Part shown: piece after piece, positions 8,807 through 19,399 of the stretch
Numbering within the stretch: position 1 is the stretch's first letter
Layout of the letters: each line of letters begins with the position of its first letter
From: a bacterium
GTDB taxonomy: Bacteria > Zhuqueibacterota > Zhuqueibacteria > Oceanimicrobiales > Oceanimicrobiaceae
Assembly (NCBI GenBank): GCA_037446635.1
Contig: JBBIIG010000002.1
Span: 1 to 64,000 of the forward strand
Direction: 5' to 3'
DNA length: 64,000 bases
The notes under the pieces: generated by a model
What the model saw: the letters and a program-made list of their open reading frames with translations, nothing else
Databases searched by the model: none
What the model was told of the DNA's origin: nothing
Position numbers and translations under genes: made by a program

Positions 8807-9826
8807 ATGAAACTTTCCGAGCTCGGTGAATTTGGCCTGATTGATCAAATCAAGAAAATCGCCGCGGACCATTCAAAAAATATTTTGATTGGCATTGATG
8901 ACGACGCCGCGGCGGTTCAAATTTCGCCGGGGAAAATTTTACTGGCCACCACCGACGCCCTCATCGAAGGGGTTCATTTTGATCTGAATTATTTTACTTT
9001 CTATCAGCTTGGCTGGCGCGCCCTGGCGGCCAATCTCAGCGATATCGCCGCGATGGGCGGACAGCCGCGCTACGCGCTGGTGTCGCTCGGTCTGCCGCCG
9101 CAGCTCGACGTTGAGTCCGCACTCGATTTCTATCGCGGAATGAAGGCGCTGGGCGACGAATTTCAAACTGCGATCATCGGCGGCGACACCACACGGTCGC
9201 CGGACCGCGTCTTCATTTCGATCACGGTTTTGGGCGAAGCCGACCCGGACAAAGTTTGCCGCCGCGCCGGCGCACAAATCGGCGACGCCATTTTTGTCAC
9301 CGGCGATTTAGGCGCCTCCGCTGCCGGGCTGCGGATTTTGAAATCGGGCGATGAAAAATTGCAATCGAAATTCTCCGCGGCGATTGCAAAGCATCTTACG
9401 CCGCGGCCGCGCGTTCACGAAGCGCAATTTCTGGTGAAGCATTTTCCCATTCACGCGATGATCGACGTCAGCGACGGGCTGGCTTCGGAAGTTCATCACA
9501 TCTGCCAGCTCAGCCGCGCCGGCGCGCTGGTTGTTCAAAATAAAATTCCAATTCATTCAGAAACCCGCGCCGCGGCAAAATACTTTGGCGACGAAGCGCT
9601 CGAATACGCCCTCGGCGGCGGCGAGGAATTTGAGCTGCTGTTCACCGCGCCGGCCGGCGTCGCGCAACAACTGCGGAACGAGTTCTTTGCAAAATTCAAT
9701 TTGCCCTGTTCTGAAATTGGCGTGATTCGAGAAAAATCGCACGGCGTGACCCTTGTTTCAGGAGGCGGCGAGTCCGCGCTTTTGCAAAGAGGATTTGACC
9801 ACTTTGCGGACAAACAAACAAAATGA
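8807..9826 (+). CDS. thiL: Thiamine-monophosphate kinase
   Basis: GEFGLI, IGIDDDAA, EGVHF, NLSDIAAMGG, GGDTT and IDVSDGL motifs. Confidence 0.95.
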   Translation: MKLSELGEFGLIDQIKKIAADHSKNILIGIDDDAAAVQISPGKILLATTDALIEGVHFDLNYFTFYQLGWRALAANLSDIAAMGGQPRYALVSLGLPPQLDVESALDFYRGMKALGDEFQTAIIGGDTTRSPDRVFISITVLGEADPDKVCRRAGAQIGDAIFVTGDLGASAAGLRILKSGDEKLQSKFSAAIAKHLTPRPRVHEAQFLVKHFPIHAMIDVSDGLASEVHHICQLSRAGALVVQNKIPIHSETRAAAKYFGDEALEYALGGGEEFELLFTAPAGVAQQLRNEFFAKFNLPCSEIGVIREKSHGVTLVSGGGESALLQRGFDHFADKQTK

Positions 9827-9827
9827 A

Positions 9828-10252
9828 ATGAATGTGATCGAGCCATTCAAAGCGCAGTATGAAAAATTAGCTGGCAGATTTCACGTTGCGGATTCTGCGC
9901 AAAAGGCGATCGCGTTCGTTGATCAAATTAGAACGGAGTTTCAAACTTCGAAAAAGCGGTCATCGCGCCGCTGCCGAAGGATTTGGAAAAAAAGCCGCGA
10001 GAGGTGTTCCGTGCGAAAAAATTTCCGCTCATTGAAATTCAGCCAGTGTTCCACCGCAGGCCTTCAAAAAAACAGTTTGTCAAAATGCGGGCGCCCAAAA
10101 TTCACCGCCTCAACCAGTCGCGTTTTGTTGATTACGCCAACTTCGTTGCGCCGGAATTAGCGGCGGCCACCGTTCACTTTCTGCGGCGCGGCGCCAGTGA
10201 CAGGTGGTCTGTTGAAACAGACTTGCTTCGCGGTCATTGTAATAAATATTGA
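9828..10252 (+). pseudogene. Degenerate, frameshifted ORF (possibly a LUD/LutC-like remnant)
   Basis: MNVIEPFKAQYEKLAGRFHVADSA... reads more protein-like after a frameshift at the A-run near 9950 (KAVIAPLPKDLEKK...), then degrades. The family assignment is weak. Confidence 0.3.
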
Positions 10253-10269
10253 CTAACGCTATATTTATA

Positions 10270-10298
10270 TTGACATCCTGTTTGAATTTTTTTATAAT
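10270..10298 (+). promoter_or_regulatory. Consensus sigma70 promoter
   Basis: TTGACA-17 bp-TATAAT, with AGGAGG RBS at 10323. Confidence 0.85.
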
Positions 10299-10333
10299 TG
10301 GTACGTCATTTTCAATATTCTTAGGAGGAAGAA

Positions 10334-11743
10334 ATGAAATCACTATGCAGAGGCGCTGAAACGATGAAAAGACTTGGACAAATGGCATTGGCGTTGGGCC
10401 TGATGCTGGTTCTGGTAACGGGCGCCTATGCCGGCGGCGGACCCAATGTGAGCGGCGCGAAACTTTATATCCAGCAGGATCAGTTGGAGAGAGCTTTTGA
10501 GGTCTTAAACAAAGAGATCAACGAGGTCAACCCGAACAACGAGGATGCCTGGTATCTTTTGGGATATGTTTACGCCCGCCAGGGTCAGTACGATAAAATG
10601 AAAGAGGCGTTCGATAAAGCGGTGGCTTTGAAACCCCAGCTCAAAGACAAGGGGGTAAAAATCAGCAAAGATTCGGGACGCGCCTTTCTCTCCGAGTTTG
10701 GAGTGGAAATGATCACGCGAATTGTGTGGAGCAATCTTTTCAACCAGGCGGTCAAAAGCTTCAATGAAGCCAGCGGTGCCTCTGATGAAGCAGCGCGAAC
10801 TGCCGGCTATGAAAAGGCCATCGAAGAATTTCGTTTAACTACATTGATTGTGCCAGACAGCGCCTCTGCCTACCGCAATATGGCCGCCGCCATGTTGAAC
10901 CTCGGCCGCTACGAGGATTGCATTGCGCCGCTGACTCAGGCGATCGCGCTGCAGCCCAAAGATGCCGAAAGCCGATTGCTGCTGGCGCAGATTTACATGA
11001 CCATCAACAAAGATAGTTTGGCCGCTCCCATCATTGAAAAACTCTGGGGCGAAGGGTACCGCACCGAAGAAGTTGCAGAAAATTATGCCCGCATGTTGAT
11101 CCGCGCTGGCAAGATCGACGAGGCTAAGGGGATCTACAAAGAGGCGATCGCTGCCAATCCCAACAACTACCAGTTCCGATATAACTACGGCACCATTCTG
11201 CTTGAGGCCAATGAATACGACGCCGCTATCGAGCAATTGGAAAAAGCGTTTGATCTCGATTCCAGCTCCGCAGATATTAACTACAACCTCGGCGCCGCCT
11301 ATCTCAACCGCGGCGTGGCCTATCGTGAGAAATTGCCCCCGGACTCGGAGGACACCTCCTACCTTAAAGATTTTGAAAAGGCCTTTCCTTTTCTTGAACG
11401 CTCGGTCAAGCTGAACCCGGACGATCAGCAAATCTGGTTAACACTGGGCCGCATCGCTGGGCAGCTCAATAAAATTGCGCTGGCCGGCTACGCCTTTGCC
11501 AAGTCCGACAACGTCCGCACCGCCTTCGATCAAAAAGTGATTGTGGGGATGCCGAGCGACGCCGTTCTGACCATTTTGGGCGAGCCGGCAAAAAAGAGCA
11601 TGGTCGAATCAAACCAATTCACCGGCGTCGAAGAGTGGATTTACAACCAACGCCCGAAAGCCGCCGGCAAAATCGCCATTCCGGCGCCACTGCGCGTTTA
11701 TATTCTCAATGGCCGCGTGGACGCGCTTTCGGTCGAAAGCTAA
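10334..11743 (+). CDS. Exported TPR protein with C-terminal SmpA/BamE-like domain
   Basis: Signal peptide, multiple TPRs (AWYLLGYVY, YNYGTIL, YNLGAAY) and C-terminal VGMPSDAVLTILGEP...EEWIY. Start may be 10364. Confidence 0.75.
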   Translation: MKSLCRGAETMKRLGQMALALGLMLVLVTGAYAGGGPNVSGAKLYIQQDQLERAFEVLNKEINEVNPNNEDAWYLLGYVYARQGQYDKMKEAFDKAVALKPQLKDKGVKISKDSGRAFLSEFGVEMITRIVWSNLFNQAVKSFNEASGASDEAARTAGYEKAIEEFRLTTLIVPDSASAYRNMAAAMLNLGRYEDCIAPLTQAIALQPKDAESRLLLAQIYMTINKDSLAAPIIEKLWGEGYRTEEVAENYARMLIRAGKIDEAKGIYKEAIAANPNNYQFRYNYGTILLEANEYDAAIEQLEKAFDLDSSSADINYNLGAAYLNRGVAYREKLPPDSEDTSYLKDFEKAFPFLERSVKLNPDDQQIWLTLGRIAGQLNKIALAGYAFAKSDNVRTAFDQKVIVGMPSDAVLTILGEPAKKSMVESNQFTGVEEWIYNQRPKAAGKIAIPAPLRVYILNGRVDALSVES

Positions 11744-11763
11744 ACTGATTTGGCGCGAAATTG

Positions 11764-11812
11764 AAAACCAGCCAGCGGCGCGTTACAGCGTTGTTGGCGG
11801 GTTTTATTTTTT
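11764..11812 (+). terminator. Rho-independent terminator
   Basis: AAAACC-GCCAGCGGCGC/GCGTTGTTGGC-GGTTTT stem followed by a T tract. Confidence 0.65.
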
Positions 11813-11845
11813 CACGAACTCCATCTTTATTCGGGTTAGCTTTTA

Positions 11846-12700
11846 TTGTTTGAATTGAGCCAACAAGACATTCGCCCTCCCCGCGAAAACTTTCGCGAAT
11901 TCTATGAGTCCGTTGGTAATTTTTATCCGGAAGAAGATTTAGTCTATCACACGTTACGTGGAATTCTCCGACGGCAATTCGTGCTCTCCTACCTGGCGCG
12001 GTTCCAGGGCAGGCTGCTGGATTTGGGATGCAACCGCGGCGCTTACCTCTCTTACTATCATCAGGGCCCATCGGTCGGAATCGATATCGCGTTTTCCGTT
12101 CTTAAAATCGCCAAAGCGCGGGACGGCAAATCTTCTTATATTCAGGGCGATGTGCAAAACTTAAATTTCATTCGTGACAATTCGTTCGACTGTCTCTTGT
12201 GCTCGGAAGTCATCGAGCACGTGCTGCAGCCCGAGGCGGTGTTTTCGGAGGCGTTTCGCATTTTGAAACCGGGCGGGTTTTTTTTGCTGACCACCCCCAA
12301 TCACTCCGGCCAAAAACCCACCTGGGTCTCGGTGGACGAGATGCGGGAATTCGGCGTGCGCGGCGTGGTGGATGATCGCTATTTTCACAGCGCTTTTCGC
12401 CCGCCGGAATTGCAGTCGCTGGCCGCGCGCGCCGGCTTCGAAATTTTGGAGTGCGGAACTTTCGAAAAGGAAGTCAAGTACGCCACGCGGATTCCAGTTT
12501 TGCTCTTTCATTTTATCCGGATCATCAATAAGTTCATTTTGCGCCGCGCCAGCGTCGATCGTTTCAACCGGCGGTTATTGAACAGCGGCGCGCTGCTGGT
12601 CTATCGTTTAGCGGTTGGGTTGGGTTTGGATCGCTGGTTAACCCGCTTCGTCAAAGAAGGCGTGCGGTCGTTTATTTTTTTGAAGAAACCCGCTTCGTAA
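11846..12700 (+). CDS. Class I SAM-dependent methyltransferase
   Basis: LLDLGCNRG, FDCLLCSEVIEH and RILKPGG motifs. Confidence 0.85.
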   Translation: MFELSQQDIRPPRENFREFYESVGNFYPEEDLVYHTLRGILRRQFVLSYLARFQGRLLDLGCNRGAYLSYYHQGPSVGIDIAFSVLKIAKARDGKSSYIQGDVQNLNFIRDNSFDCLLCSEVIEHVLQPEAVFSEAFRILKPGGFFLLTTPNHSGQKPTWVSVDEMREFGVRGVVDDRYFHSAFRPPELQSLAARAGFEILECGTFEKEVKYATRIPVLLFHFIRIINKFILRRASVDRFNRRLLNSGALLVYRLAVGLGLDRWLTRFVKEGVRSFIFLKKPAS

Positions 12701-12704
12701 TTTT

Positions 12705-13709
12705 ATGAGCAAACCCCTCATTGCCGTTACCATTGGCGACCCCAACGGCGTCGGGGCGGAGGTGGCGTTGAAAGCGCTGGCGGAGACGCGGCTGCGCGAA
12801 TCCTGCCGCCCGCTGCTGGTGGGGCCGCCGACGCTGTGGCGGCAAAATTTAGCAGTCGCGGGAGTTTCATTTAAAATAAACGAAGTTGAAAATTTCCACG
12901 ACTCGATTTTAAAAGAAAATGAAATCGCCGTCATCAGGTTCGAGGTGGAGCGACCTTTTCAAATTCAGCCGGGAAAGATGACGGCCGCGGCCGGCGCGCT
13001 GGCGGCGCAGGCGCTGGAGTTCGCCGCGAAATTAGCGCTGCAAAAGAAAGTCGCCGCGGTAGTGACGGCGCCGCTTTCAAAAAAATCTCTGCATTTAGCG
13101 GGTTATGATTTTCCGGGACAAACGGAGTTTCTGGCGGAGAAAACCCGCGCCGGCGACGTGGTGATGGTTCTATTGAGCGGGAATTTCCGTGTGGGGCTGG
13201 CCACTACCCACTGCGCAATTAAAGAGGTTTCGGCGCGCCTGTCGCGGGAACAAATTTTGCGCAAGCTGAAAATTTTGCACGAAGATTTGCAAAGACGATT
13301 TGGCATCCCCCAACCGCGCATTGCGGTGTGCGCGCTGAACCCCCACGCCGGCGAGGGGGGGGTATTCGGCAGCGAGGAGAGCGAAATCATTCAGCCGGCC
13401 ATTTCGGAAGCGCAGGCATTGGGCATCACTGCTGTCGGGCCGTTTCCCGCGGACACGCTATTCGCGCGAGTGGATCAACAAAATTATGATGCTTATCTTG
13501 CGATGTATCACGACCAGGGCTTGATTCCGTTGAAAATGAAATCGTTTGGCCGCGCCGTCAATTACACGGCCGGTCTCAGCATCATCCGCACGTCGCCGGA
13601 TCACGGCACCGCCTTTGATATCGCCGGCCAGGGCGTAGCCGATCCGGGCAGCATGATGGAGGCCATCAAACTTGCGGTCGAGCTGGCTGCACATTCCACA
13701 GCGGGTTGA
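12705..13709 (+). CDS. pdxA: 4-hydroxythreonine-4-phosphate dehydrogenase
   Basis: GDPNGVGAE, LNPHAGE, MYHDQGLIP and RTSPDHGTAFDIAG motifs. Confidence 0.95.
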   Translation: MSKPLIAVTIGDPNGVGAEVALKALAETRLRESCRPLLVGPPTLWRQNLAVAGVSFKINEVENFHDSILKENEIAVIRFEVERPFQIQPGKMTAAAGALAAQALEFAAKLALQKKVAAVVTAPLSKKSLHLAGYDFPGQTEFLAEKTRAGDVVMVLLSGNFRVGLATTHCAIKEVSARLSREQILRKLKILHEDLQRRFGIPQPRIAVCALNPHAGEGGVFGSEESEIIQPAISEAQALGITAVGPFPADTLFARVDQQNYDAYLAMYHDQGLIPLKMKSFGRAVNYTAGLSIIRTSPDHGTAFDIAGQGVADPGSMMEAIKLAVELAAHSTAG

Positions 13710-14457
13710 GCCGTACTCGCAGCTCGCGTCGATTTACGATTACGTCATGCGGCACGTCAATTACGGCCGCTGGGCGCACTATCTGCGCGATTTGTTTTCA
13801 CACGCGGCGATCGAAGTGGAGCAGGTGTTGGACATTGCCTGCGGCACCGGCAGCTTGATTTTAAAATTGCGGGATTTGGGTTTCAGCGTGCTTGCTTTCG
13901 ACGAATCGCTGGCGATGGTGCGGATCGCCCGCGAGAAAGCGCGCGCCCGCCGCCGGCGCTTTCCGATTTGGCGCGGTTCCATGAGTTCGTTCGCGGTTAA
14001 GCCAGCGGTCGATGCCATCGTTTGCACGTACGACAGCATCAACTATTGTATGAATGAAGCCGCGTGCGCCGCGGTTCTGCAGCAGGTTGCACAAGCCCTG
14101 CGCCCGGGCGGTGTGTTTATTTTCGATATCTGCACCGTGAAAAATTCCCGCAAGCATTTTCGGCGCTATTATGAAAAGGACGAGACCGATGAATTTCGCT
14201 ACATCCGGCAGTCGTATTATATCGCCAACAAAAGCATTCAAGTGAACGAATTTTATATTCAAAAAAACTCCAGTCCGCTGGTGCACGAAATTCATCAACA
14301 GAAAATTTACCGCATCGATGAAATCATCAAAGTGATTCCACGGGATCGCCTTCAAGTGGTTGGAATCTACGACGGCTTTTCCATGAAAACCGGCTCGGAA
14401 GATTCGGACCGTGTCCACTTTGTTTTAAAGAGAATGCCATGCCTGCCACACTTGTGA
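13672..14457 (+). CDS. Class I SAM-dependent methyltransferase
   Basis: YDYVM, VLDIACGTG, DSINY and LRPGGVFIFD motifs. Start uncertain. Confidence 0.85.
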   Translation: MRSSWLHIPQRVEPYSQLASIYDYVMRHVNYGRWAHYLRDLFSHAAIEVEQVLDIACGTGSLILKLRDLGFSVLAFDESLAMVRIAREKARARRRRFPIWRGSMSSFAVKPAVDAIVCTYDSINYCMNEAACAAVLQQVAQALRPGGVFIFDICTVKNSRKHFRRYYEKDETDEFRYIRQSYYIANKSIQVNEFYIQKNSSPLVHEIHQQKIYRIDEIIKVIPRDRLQVVGIYDGFSMKTGSEDSDRVHFVLKRMPCLPHL

Positions 14458-15101
14458 AGTTACACAACGTCAGAATGCGCTACGCCAACGGCGACGGCCT
14501 CGATCACGTCAACCTCGAAATGGCGCCGGGAGATTTCGTCTATTTGGTGGGGCCGACGGGCGCCGGCAAAAGCACGGTTCTCAAGATGATTTACATGCAG
14601 GAGTTTCCCAACGAGGGCTATGTGCTGGTGGACAATTACAATTCTATGTACATCAAGAACAAAGAAATTCCTCACCTGCGCCGCAAGCTTGGAATTATTT
14701 TTCAGGATTTCAAGCTGCTGGAAGATCGCGATGTCTTCGAGAACGTGGCGTTTGCGCTGCGGGTCATCGGGACGCGGCGCCGCGATATTAAAAAGAAAAC
14801 CCTGCGGGCGCTGGCGGAGGTGGGCCTCAGCCACAAAAGCCGAAAAATGCCCCACGAATTGTCGGGCGGCGAGCAGCAGCGCGTCGCGATTGCGCGCGCC
14901 ATTGTCAACGATCCGATTCTGCTGTTGGCCGACGAGCCCACCGGCAACCTCGATCCCAAAACCGCGGTGGAGATCATGAACATCCTCGAAAAATTGCACG
15001 CGCGCGGCACGGCCATCCTCATGGCCACCCACAACTACGAGCTGGTCAACAGCTCCACGCGCCGGCTGGTTTCCATTAAACACGGCAGGACTTTGAATTG
15101 A
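14439..15101 (+). CDS. ftsE: Cell-division ABC ATPase
   Basis: GPTGAGKST, LSGGEQQR and LLADEPTGNLD motifs; adjacent to ftsX. Confidence 0.92.
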   Translation: MPATLVKLHNVRMRYANGDGLDHVNLEMAPGDFVYLVGPTGAGKSTVLKMIYMQEFPNEGYVLVDNYNSMYIKNKEIPHLRRKLGIIFQDFKLLEDRDVFENVAFALRVIGTRRRDIKKKTLRALAEVGLSHKSRKMPHELSGGEQQRVAIARAIVNDPILLLADEPTGNLDPKTAVEIMNILEKLHARGTAILMATHNYELVNSSTRRLVSIKHGRTLN

Positions 15102-15967
15102 TCAACAGCTTGTTTTTTGTTTTGAAGGAAGCCGCCGCCGGCTTGGTTCGCGCCCGTTTTGCCGGCTTCGTGGCCACCGTCACCGTCGCCATTTCACTGG
15201 TTTTGATTGGCATTTTTCTCATCATCACCGTCAACCTCGGGCGCTTCGCCGACAACCTGCGCAGCCGCGTAGAACTGGAAGTGTTCCTCGATGATTCGTT
15301 GGATGAGATCAGAATTCAGGAACTGGCTGAAAAAATTAAACGCTTCGAAGGGGTTGCGGAGGTGACGTTCATCTCCAAAGAAATGGCGGTTTATGAATAC
15401 CAAAGTTTATTCAAAGAAAAACAGCAGGACTATTTTGAGGTGCTGGGGTATAATCCTCTGCCGGCGTCGTTTCGGGTGAAACTGGCCGAGGGCTATCGCA
15501 ATTTTGCCGGCGCCGAAAACCTCTTCAAACACCTCAGTGCGATGTCGGAGATCGATGAAGAAGATATCGTTTATCGCCGGGAGTTTTTGGTTACGCTGGA
15601 AAAGTACATGAAAGTTGCGCTGGCCGCGGATTTCGTGGTGGGCGTTATTTTATGTTTGAGCGCGCTGCTGCTGGTTTCCAATAATATTCGGTTGATTATA
15701 TTAACTCGAGAGAAAATCATCGAAACCATGAAGCTGGTGGGCGCGACCCGCTTTTTCGTACGGATGCCGCTATATATTCAGGGGGTCATCGAAGGGGTGC
15801 TGGGCGGCGCATTGGCGGCACTATTTTTGTACGCCTTGATCAAGCTGGCTGAGTTCGAGATTGCCGGCTATATCGTCGTGGATTGGAGAATATATCTCAT
15901 GTTGGTGAATCTCGGGCTGCTGCTCGGCCTCGCCGGCAGTTTCAGCGCCATACGGCGTTATTTATAA
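15098..15967 (+). CDS. ftsX: Cell-division permease
   Basis: NPLPAS and IETMKLVGATRFFVRMP motifs; 4 TM helices. Confidence 0.9.
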   Translation: MINSLFFVLKEAAAGLVRARFAGFVATVTVAISLVLIGIFLIITVNLGRFADNLRSRVELEVFLDDSLDEIRIQELAEKIKRFEGVAEVTFISKEMAVYEYQSLFKEKQQDYFEVLGYNPLPASFRVKLAEGYRNFAGAENLFKHLSAMSEIDEEDIVYRREFLVTLEKYMKVALAADFVVGVILCLSALLLVSNNIRLIILTREKIIETMKLVGATRFFVRMPLYIQGVIEGVLGGALAALFLYALIKLAEFEIAGYIVVDWRIYLMLVNLGLLLGLAGSFSAIRRYL

Positions 15968-16006
15968 ATCGGCGGGATTTGGCTCCGGAAACGTCCGAGT
16001 TTTTGC

Positions 16007-16035
16007 TTGACACACAATTGAAAAGTTATTATCTT
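16007..16035 (+). promoter_or_regulatory. Putative sigma70 promoter for the hrcA operon
   Basis: TTGACA-17 bp-TATCTT. Confidence 0.6.
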
Positions 16036-16095
16036 ACGTGGAATTTGCAGCGGCCGCGCTGTAGATGGTTTTTTCAAAAGTTTGGTTGTTGTATC

Positions 16096-17118
16096 ATGAG
16101 AACCCTAAGCGAACGCGAAAAGCTCATATTGAACAGTGTCGTCGAAAGTTATGTGGATACCGCTGCGCCGGTTGGCTCCCGTTTTCTCGCGAAGCGTTAC
16201 AATTTGGGAATTAGCCCGGCGACGATCCGAAATACGATGAACGATCTGGAGGAACTGGGATATCTCCGTCAGCCGCACGTTTCCGCCGGACGCGTCCCCA
16301 CCGATTCCGGCTATCGCTTTTATGTGAATAGCATAACCATCCCCACGTTGGATTGGGAAGAACAGAAATTCATTTCTGATCATTTAAGCGATTATGAAAT
16401 TGACCTGCCCGATCTGTTTGAGCTCTCCTCACAAATTTTAGGGAAGATATCCAGCCAATTGGGCGTGGTGCTGGAGCCCAAGCTGTATCAGGCGATTTTT
16501 CAAAAGATGGAGTTGGTACCGATCTCTGAAAAACGGATCATGGCGGTCATTTCCATTAAGTCCGGTTTTGTTAAAACCATCATTTTGGAAGTGGAGTCCG
16601 AGTTGCCGCGCGAGCAATTGCAGCGGGCGTCGTTGTTTATCAACGAGCGCTTGTCCGGCCTGTCGTTGGAAGAAATTAAAAAGAGTATCGATCGGCGGCT
16701 GCAGGAAGAAAAAAACAACATGCTCGTGGAGCTGATTATCCAGTCCTCGAATCGCATCTTCAAATTTGAGGATGCGAAAAATTTGCATGTTTGCGGCGCC
16801 CACAACATCATGTCCAACCCGGAATTTTCCGACCGCGAGCTGGCGGCGAAAATTTTGGAGGTTATTGAAAGCAAGCAGGAGATTTTGAGCCATTTTCAGC
16901 AAGTGGACGATGAGACCGTAACCATAAAAATTGGCGAAGAAAACCGCTTGTCTCATCTCAAAAACTGCAGCATCATTTCCGTGAAGTATCAGGTGGGCAG
17001 CGTTTACGGCACGCTGGGTGTGGTCGGGCCAACGCGGTTGCGCTACGCGAAAATTATCGCTTTGGTCGATCACATGAAAAAAGTATTGACCCAAAGTTTA
17101 TGGGCGCGGATGAGTTGA
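16096..17118 (+). CDS. hrcA: Heat-inducible transcription repressor
   Basis: PVGSR, SPATIRN, PHVSAGRVPTDSGYRFYV and GVVGPTR motifs; ATG at 16096. Confidence 0.95.
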   Translation: MRTLSEREKLILNSVVESYVDTAAPVGSRFLAKRYNLGISPATIRNTMNDLEELGYLRQPHVSAGRVPTDSGYRFYVNSITIPTLDWEEQKFISDHLSDYEIDLPDLFELSSQILGKISSQLGVVLEPKLYQAIFQKMELVPISEKRIMAVISIKSGFVKTIILEVESELPREQLQRASLFINERLSGLSLEEIKKSIDRRLQEEKNNMLVELIIQSSNRIFKFEDAKNLHVCGAHNIMSNPEFSDRELAAKILEVIESKQEILSHFQQVDDETVTIKIGEENRLSHLKNCSIISVKYQVGSVYGTLGVVGPTRLRYAKIIALVDHMKKVLTQSLWARMS

Positions 17119-17139
17119 GTTTTAAGTGAGGTTGTTGTA

Positions 17140-17712
17140 ATGAGCGAAATCCAAGAAGAGAAAAACGTTTCCGCATCTGAGCAGAATGGCGGCAATCACC
17201 GCCAGCCGGCATCTGAAAATGAGGCGCCAAAACCTTCGCCTGCCAGTAAGCCAAAAATTCTCAAACAAAAACTGCACGCGGCCGAACAGCAAATCGCGGA
17301 ATTGCAGGATCGCTTGCTGCGGCTGGCCGCGGAATTTGATAATTACAAAAAAAGACGGGAAAGCGAGATCGGCCAACAGATTGCCAACGCCAACGCGGAT
17401 TTGATCAGCCAGATCTTGCCGGTAGTGGATGATTTAGAGCGCTGTCTTAAAATCGCGTCCGCCAGCGCCGACGGCAAGAATCTTTATCAAGGCGTAGAGT
17501 TGATTTATAAGAAGCTGATGCGAATTCTGGAAAATCAGGGCGTGCAGCCGATAGCGGCCGTGGGCCAGCCTTTCGATCCCGAGAAACACTCGGCGCTTAT
17601 GCAGGTGGATGGCAATGGCCTCGCTTCGGGTATGGTGATGGAAGAGCACCTCAAAGGATACACCATAAATGAGCGGGTGCTGAGGCATTCGCAGGTTCTG
17701 GTGAGCAAATAG
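17140..17712 (+). CDS. grpE: Nucleotide exchange factor
   Basis: [18 protein letters not shown] and [10 protein letters not shown] motifs. Confidence 0.95.
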   Translation: MSEIQEEKNVSASEQNGGNHRQPASENEAPKPSPASKPKILKQKLHAAEQQIAELQDRLLRLAAEFDNYKKRRESEIGQQIANANADLISQILPVVDDLERCLKIASASADGKNLYQGVELIYKKLMRILENQGVQPIAAVGQPFDPEKHSALMQVDGNGLASGMVMEEHLKGYTINERVLRHSQVLVSK

Positions 17713-17737
17713 GATTTTTGCATACAATCGGCAACCT

Positions 17738-18877
17738 ATGACGAAGCGTGATTATTACGAGGTGCTGGGCGTTCGCAAAGACGCCAGCGAGGACGAGATC
17801 AAAAAGGCCTACCGCAAGCTGGCCATGCAATATCACCCCGACCGCAACACCAACGACAAACAAGCCGAAGAAAAATTCAAGGAGGTTGCCGAGGCCTACG
17901 AAGTTCTGAAAGATCCCGAAAAACGGCAACGCTACGATCGTTTTGGCCACAGCGGTTTGAGAGGTGCTTACGAAGGGTTTGCGGGATTTGATTTTGATCT
18001 CGCCGACGCGCTGCGCACGTTCATGTCCGAAGGGTTTGGCTTCGGAGATTTTTTTGGAATGGGGCGCGGCGAGCGCCGGCGCAATCGCCAGCGGCGCGGC
18101 ACGGATCTTCAAATCAAGCTCACGCTAACTTTGGAAGAAATCGCTAACGGTGTGCAAAAGCAAATCAAGATCAAAAGGCTGGTTCTTTGCGATGTCTGCA
18201 ACGGCTCCGGCGCCGCCGCGGGCGCGCAAGCGGAGACCTGCCATCAATGTCAGGGCCGCGGCCAGATTCGGCAAGTATCGCAGTCGCTTTTTGGGCAGTT
18301 TGTGAATATCACCACCTGCCCGGTCTGTCGCGGCGAAGGCAAAATTATCAAAGATGTGTGCAAGGTTTGTAATGGCGAGGGGCGAACAACCGGCCACGGA
18401 CTGATAACGGTGGATATTCCGGGTGGCGTTTCTTCGGGCAATTATATCACCGTGCATGGCGAAGGCAACGTGGGTCCCAATGGCGGCCCGCCGGGCGACG
18501 TGATTGTCTTCATTGAAGAACAGCAGCATGAATATTTTGAGCGCCACGGCGATGACATTTTGTATGACCTGCCGCTGAGTTTTGCGCAGGTGGCTCTGGG
18601 CGATGAAGTCGAGGTGCCAACGTTGAACGGCAAAGCGCGCATTCCCATTCCCCCTGGAACGCAGGCGAACAAAATATTACGAATGCGCGGCAAAGGCATC
18701 ACCAAATTGCATGGGCGTGGCCGCGGCGACCAATTGATCCGCATCCGGGTTTGGACGCCCACTAAACTGAGCGCTAAAGAAAAAAAGCTGTTCGAGGAAT
18801 TGGCCAAAAGCGAAAACATCAAGCCGCCGCACAACGACCGCAGCTTTTTTTCGAAAATTAAAGAAGTGATTTTGTGA
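17738..18877 (+). CDS. dnaJ: Chaperone DnaJ
   Basis: J-domain HPD and four CxxCxGxG repeats. Confidence 0.97.
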   Translation: MTKRDYYEVLGVRKDASEDEIKKAYRKLAMQYHPDRNTNDKQAEEKFKEVAEAYEVLKDPEKRQRYDRFGHSGLRGAYEGFAGFDFDLADALRTFMSEGFGFGDFFGMGRGERRRNRQRRGTDLQIKLTLTLEEIANGVQKQIKIKRLVLCDVCNGSGAAAGAQAETCHQCQGRGQIRQVSQSLFGQFVNITTCPVCRGEGKIIKDVCKVCNGEGRTTGHGLITVDIPGGVSSGNYITVHGEGNVGPNGGPPGDVIVFIEEQQHEYFERHGDDILYDLPLSFAQVALGDEVEVPTLNGKARIPIPPGTQANKILRMRGKGITKLHGRGRGDQLIRIRVWTPTKLSAKEKKLFEELAKSENIKPPHNDRSFFSKIKEVIL

Positions 18878-19371
18878 TGTTGGGTTTTACCAAGCAGGAA
18901 CAAGCCATCGTGCTGTTGCTGATTTTTTCTTTGATAACCGGCTCGGTGGTCACGTTGTACCAACGATTTTGGCGCGCCGGACGCCAGCCCGAGTTGAGCG
19001 CCGAAGTCGTCGAAAAATTTAAGCAGCGCGCGGAAGAAATCAATCGCGGCGTGGAAGAAGCGGCGGTTGCCGTGGCGATAAATGAGGACTCATCTGTTTC
19101 AAGTATAGCAGCGCGCGGCTTCGTGGCGGGGTTTTCATCTACGGCTGCCGCTGAAGTTGACAGCGCAAAAAACTTTTTTGTTATCAATATCAATACCGCT
19201 AGCTCGGAAGAATTACAAGCGATCCCGCGGGTCGGCCCGGCGCTGGCGCAAAGAATCATCGACTATCGCAACCAGAACGGCGGCTTTAAAAGCGTGGAGG
19301 AGTTAACCCGGGTCAAGGGGATTGGCAAAGCAACTTTTAATAGAATCCGCGCTTATGTTTCAACCCAGTAG
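18874..19371 (+). CDS. comEA: ComEA-family helix-hairpin-helix DNA-binding protein
   Basis: N-terminal TM; ININTAS...[16 protein letters not shown]...VKGIG. Confidence 0.85.
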   Translation: MMLGFTKQEQAIVLLLIFSLITGSVVTLYQRFWRAGRQPELSAEVVEKFKQRAEEINRGVEEAAVAVAINEDSSVSSIAARGFVAGFSSTAAAEVDSAKNFFVININTASSEELQAIPRVGPALAQRIIDYRNQNGGFKSVEELTRVKGIGKATFNRIRAYVSTQ

Positions 19372-19399
19372 TGAAACCAACTTTTAGAGGGAGGAAAAA

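Noticed and set aside
15968..16095. CIRCE operator
   Set aside because: TTAGCACTC-N9-GAGTGCTAA was not found.
15883..16095. ORF-track N-terminal extensions (hrcA; also 1656, 2974, 46533, 47594, 53162, 53758)
   Set aside because: They overlap neighbouring genes, promoters or repeats; downstream starts fit RBS position or family N-termini better.
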